Source: Squalus acanthias (Eukaryota). From it: DNA of 64,000 bases. Shown here piece by piece: positions 60,735 to 64,000 of the stretch (its first letter is position 1; every line of letters starts with the position of its first letter). Both the position numbers and the translations under genes were made by a program. Where the stretch lies: NCBI GenBank assembly GCA_030390025.1, contig CM059431.1, forward strand, positions 139,068,001 to 139,132,000. Reading direction: 5' to 3'. The notes beneath the pieces were generated by a model. It was not told where the DNA came from. It did not search any database and worked only from the letters and a program-made list of their open reading frames with translations.

Positions 60735-60798
60735 ACAGACAGGGAATCGAACCTCTGCCGCTATAAGTGAGAGCGCCGAACCTTAACCACTAGACAAC
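60735..60798 (-). pseudogene. tRNA-Glu(CTC)-derived pseudogene
   Basis: The minus strand gttgtctagtggttaaggttcggcgctCTCacttatagcggcagaggttcgattccctgtc resembles vertebrate tRNA-Glu-CTC (A box, anticodon loop, GGTTCGATTCC). The acceptor and anticodon stems are degraded. Confidence 0.7.
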
Positions 60799-60894
60799 TT
60801 TTAAAAACTGAGACAAAACAACGCGATAATTTTAAATATAATTGATTCTATCCGTTTTGGATGCAAATTTACATTTCCTGACTCTGCTGCTAAC

Positions 60895-62358
60895 AATGTG
60901 TTTCCCTGTATCTGTGATATTGATTCATTTACTGGGGCATCTGTCTTCATTCCAAATGTGTTTCCTTGTATCTGTGATATTGATTCATTTATTGGGGGAC
61001 ATCTGTCTTCATTGCAAATGTGTTTCCCCGTATCTGTGATATTGATTCCTTTATTGGGTCATCTGTCTTCATTCCAAATGTGTTTCCCTGTATCTGTGAT
61101 ATTGATTCATTTATTGGGGCATCTGTCTTCATTCCAAATGTGTTTCCATGTATCTGTGATAGTGATTCATTTATTGGGGGGCATCTGTCTTCATTCCAAA
61201 TGCGTTTCCCTATATCTGTGACATTGATTCCTTTATTGGGACATTTGTCTTCATTCCAAAAGTGTTTCCCTGTATCTGTGATTTTTATTCATTTATTGGG
61301 GGTCACCTATCTTCATTCCAAATCTATTTCCCTGCATCTGTGATATTGATTCATTTATTCGGGTATCTGTCCTCATTCCAAATGTTTTTCCCCTGTATCT
61401 CAGATAATGATTCATTTATTGGGTGATCTGTTTTAATTCCAAATGTATTTCCCTGTATCTGTGATATTCATTCGTTTATTGAGGGCATCTGTCTTCAATC
61501 CAAATGTATAACCCGGGTTCTGTGATACTGATTCGTTTATTGGGGCATCTGTCTTCATTCCAAATGTCTTTCCATCTGTTTGTGATTTTTATTAATTTAT
61601 TGGGAGTCATCTGTCTTCAATCCAAATGTATTTCCCTGTATCTGTGATATTGATTCGTTTATTGAGGGCATCTGTCTTCAATCCAAATGTATTTCACTGT
61701 ATCTGTGATATTGCTTCTTTTATTCGGGGGCATCTGTCTTAATTCCAAATGAGATCTCCTGCATCTGTGATATTGATTCATTTATTGGGTCATCTGTCTT
61801 AATTCCAAAGTCTTTCCTTGTTTCTCGGATATTGATTCATTTATTGAGCGGAATCTGTCCTCTTTCCAAATGGTTTTCCCTCTATCTCTGATAATGTTTC
61901 ATTTATTGGGGGGCATCTGTCTTCATTCCAAATGTTTTTCCCCTCTGTCTGTTATTCTTACTCATTTATTGGTGGTCATCTGTCTTCATTCCAAATGTTT
62001 TTCCCTGTATCTGCGATATTGATTCATTTATTGGGGGTCATCTATCATCATTCCAATTGTGTTTCCCTCTATCTGTGACGTTGATTCATTTATTGGGGGT
62101 CATCTGTGTTCATTCCAAATGTGTTTCCCTGATTCTGTGATATTGATTCGTTTATTGGGGCTTCTGTCTTCATTCCAAAGCTATTTCGCTGTATCTGTGA
62201 TATTGACTCATTTATATGGGCATCGTTCTTCATTAAAAATGTGTTTCCCTGTATCTGTGATTTTTATTCATTTATTGGCGGTCATGTGTCTTCATTCCAA
62301 ATGTGTTTCCCTCTTTCTTTGATATTGATTCATTTATTGGGTCTCATCTGTCTTAATT
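60895..62358. repeat. 60-62-bp minisatellite, about 24 copies
   Basis: tgtgtttccctgtatctgtgatattgattcatttattggggcatctgtcttcattccaaa in tandem. Confidence 0.95.
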
Positions 62359-62359
62359 A

Positions 62360-63825
62360 AGATGGAGAGTGAAGTAGTTGACTCAGAGACTAGGGTCCTG
62401 AATTTAAATAAAGGAAACTACGATGGTATGAGGCGCGAATTGGCTAGGATGGATTGGGGAACGTTACTTAAAGGGTTGACGGTGGATAGGCAATGGCAAA
62501 CATTTAAAAATCGCATGGATAAACGACAGAATTTGTTCATCCCTGTTTGGCATAACAATAAAACAGAAAAGGTGACACAACCGTGGCGAACAAGGGAAAT
62601 TAGGGATAGCATAAGATCCAAGGAGAGAACATATAAATTGGCCAGAAAAAGCAGCAAACCTGAGGATTGGGGTCAGTTTAGGATTCAGCAAAGGAGGACA
62701 AAGGGATTAATTAAGAGGGGGAAAATAGACTATAAGAGTAAGTATGCAGGGACATAAAAACTGACTGTAAAAGCTGCTATAGATATGTGAAGCGAAAAAG
62801 ATTGGTGAAGTCAAGCGTAGGTCCATTGCTGTCAGAATCAGGGGAATTTATAATGGGGAACAAAGAAATGGTAGACCAATTAAATACATACTTTGGTTCT
62901 GTCTTCACAAAGGAGGACACAAATAACCTCCCAGAGATATCGGTGAACATAGCGTCTACTGAGAGAGTAGAACTGAATGAAATCATTATTTGTAGGGAAA
63001 TGGCGTTAGGAAAATTGACGGGATTGAAGGCCGATAAACCCCAGGGCCTGATAATCTACATCCTAGGGTACTTAAGGAAGTGGCCCTTGAAATAGTAGAT
63101 TCATTGCTGGGCATCTTCCAAAATTCTATAGACACTGGAACAGTTCCCATGGATTGTAGGTTAGCTAATGTAACCCCACTATTTAAAAAAGGTGGGAAAG
63201 AGAAAATGGGGAATTATAGACCGGTAAGCCTGAAATCGGTAGTGGGGAGAATGCTACAGTCCATTAGAAAAGATGTAATAGCAGAGCACTTGGAAAACAT
63301 TGACAGGATCGGACAAACTCTATATGGATTTACAAAAGGTAAATCATGCTTGACTAATCTACTGGAATTTTTTGAGGATGTAACTGGTAGAATAGATAAG
63401 GGACAAGCAGTGGATGTGGTGTAGTTGGACTTTCAGAAGGCTTTCGATAAGGTCCCGCATAAGAGATTAGCGTGCAAAGGTAAAGCACATGGGATTGGGG
63501 GTAAGGTACTGACTTGGATAGAGATCTGATTGGCAGACAGGAAGCAAAGTGTTGGAATAAACGGGTCTTTTTCCGAGTGGAAGGCAGTGACTACTGGGGT
63601 ACCGCAGGGATCGGTGCTAGGTACCCAGTTATTCACAATATATATTAATGATCTAGACGTGGGAACTAGATGTAATATCTCCAAGTTTGCAGACGACACA
63701 CAGCTGGGTGGTGTGTGTGTTGTGAGGAGGATGCAGAGAAACTCCAGTATGATTGGGACAAGTTGGGTGATTGGGTAGATGCATGGCAGATGCAGTATAA
63801 TGTGGATAAATGCGAGGTTATCCAC
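62360..63825 (+). mobile_element. CR1 ORF2 fragment (linker to RT), degraded
   Basis: NYRPVSL, GKSCLTNLLEFFE, GVPQGSVLG and SKFADDT motifs. Confidence 0.92.
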
Positions 63826-64000
63826 GATGCGGAGATGCCGGTGTTAGACTGGGGTAGACAAAAGTGAGAAGTTGCACAGCACCAGGTTATAGTCCAACAG
63901 TTTTATTTGAAATCACAAGCTTTCGGAGCGTTGCTCCTTCGTCAGGTGAAGTAAAGGAATTCCTTTACTTCACCTGACGAAGGAGCAACGCTCCGAAAGC
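63826..64000. mobile_element. Perfect palindromic element of a second family with hammerhead cores, interrupting CR1; runs off the window
   Basis: Perfect 82-bp palindrome 63919-64000 centred on GAATTC (63957-63962). Each strand reads CTGACGA-aggagc-aac-gctcc-GAAAG. Confidence 0.8.

Noticed and set aside
60842..62322. Hydrophobic repeat ORFs
   Set aside because: These are translations of the 60-62-bp minisatellite.

Overview
Repeat-rich vertebrate genomic DNA, very probably a cartilaginous fish (inferred from the abundance of CR1/L2 LINEs, a Deu-type SINE and the expanded GPR139-like receptor family). There is a 200-N assembly gap. Host genes: one apparently intact two-exon GPR139-like GPCR (+, 35113-46495, 317 aa by manual splicing) arranged head-to-head with a GPR139-like pseudogene (-, about 30882-31870). 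Mobile DNA includes a two-gene PIF/Harbinger transposon (about 52870-58037) with a HARBI1-type transposase and a convergent 3-exon Myb/SANT gene. That Myb gene carries a nested deletion derivative of its own family (TAT TSD) and a hammerhead-ribozyme-bearing retroelement fragment (10-bp TSD). Also present are several palindromic elements carrying minimal hammerhead ribozyme cores, a solo LTR with TGAAAG...CTTTCA ends, a degraded fusion-glycoprotein/env-like frame next to an LTR end with a tRNA-Asn primer-binding site, many CR1/L2/RTE LINE fragments, an 8.2-kb 23-bp satellite with higher-order structure, several minisatellites, a tRNA-Glu remnant and three local segmental duplications, two of them promoter-like. 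Repeat boundaries were read by eye and are approximate unless a TSD or TIR is quoted.
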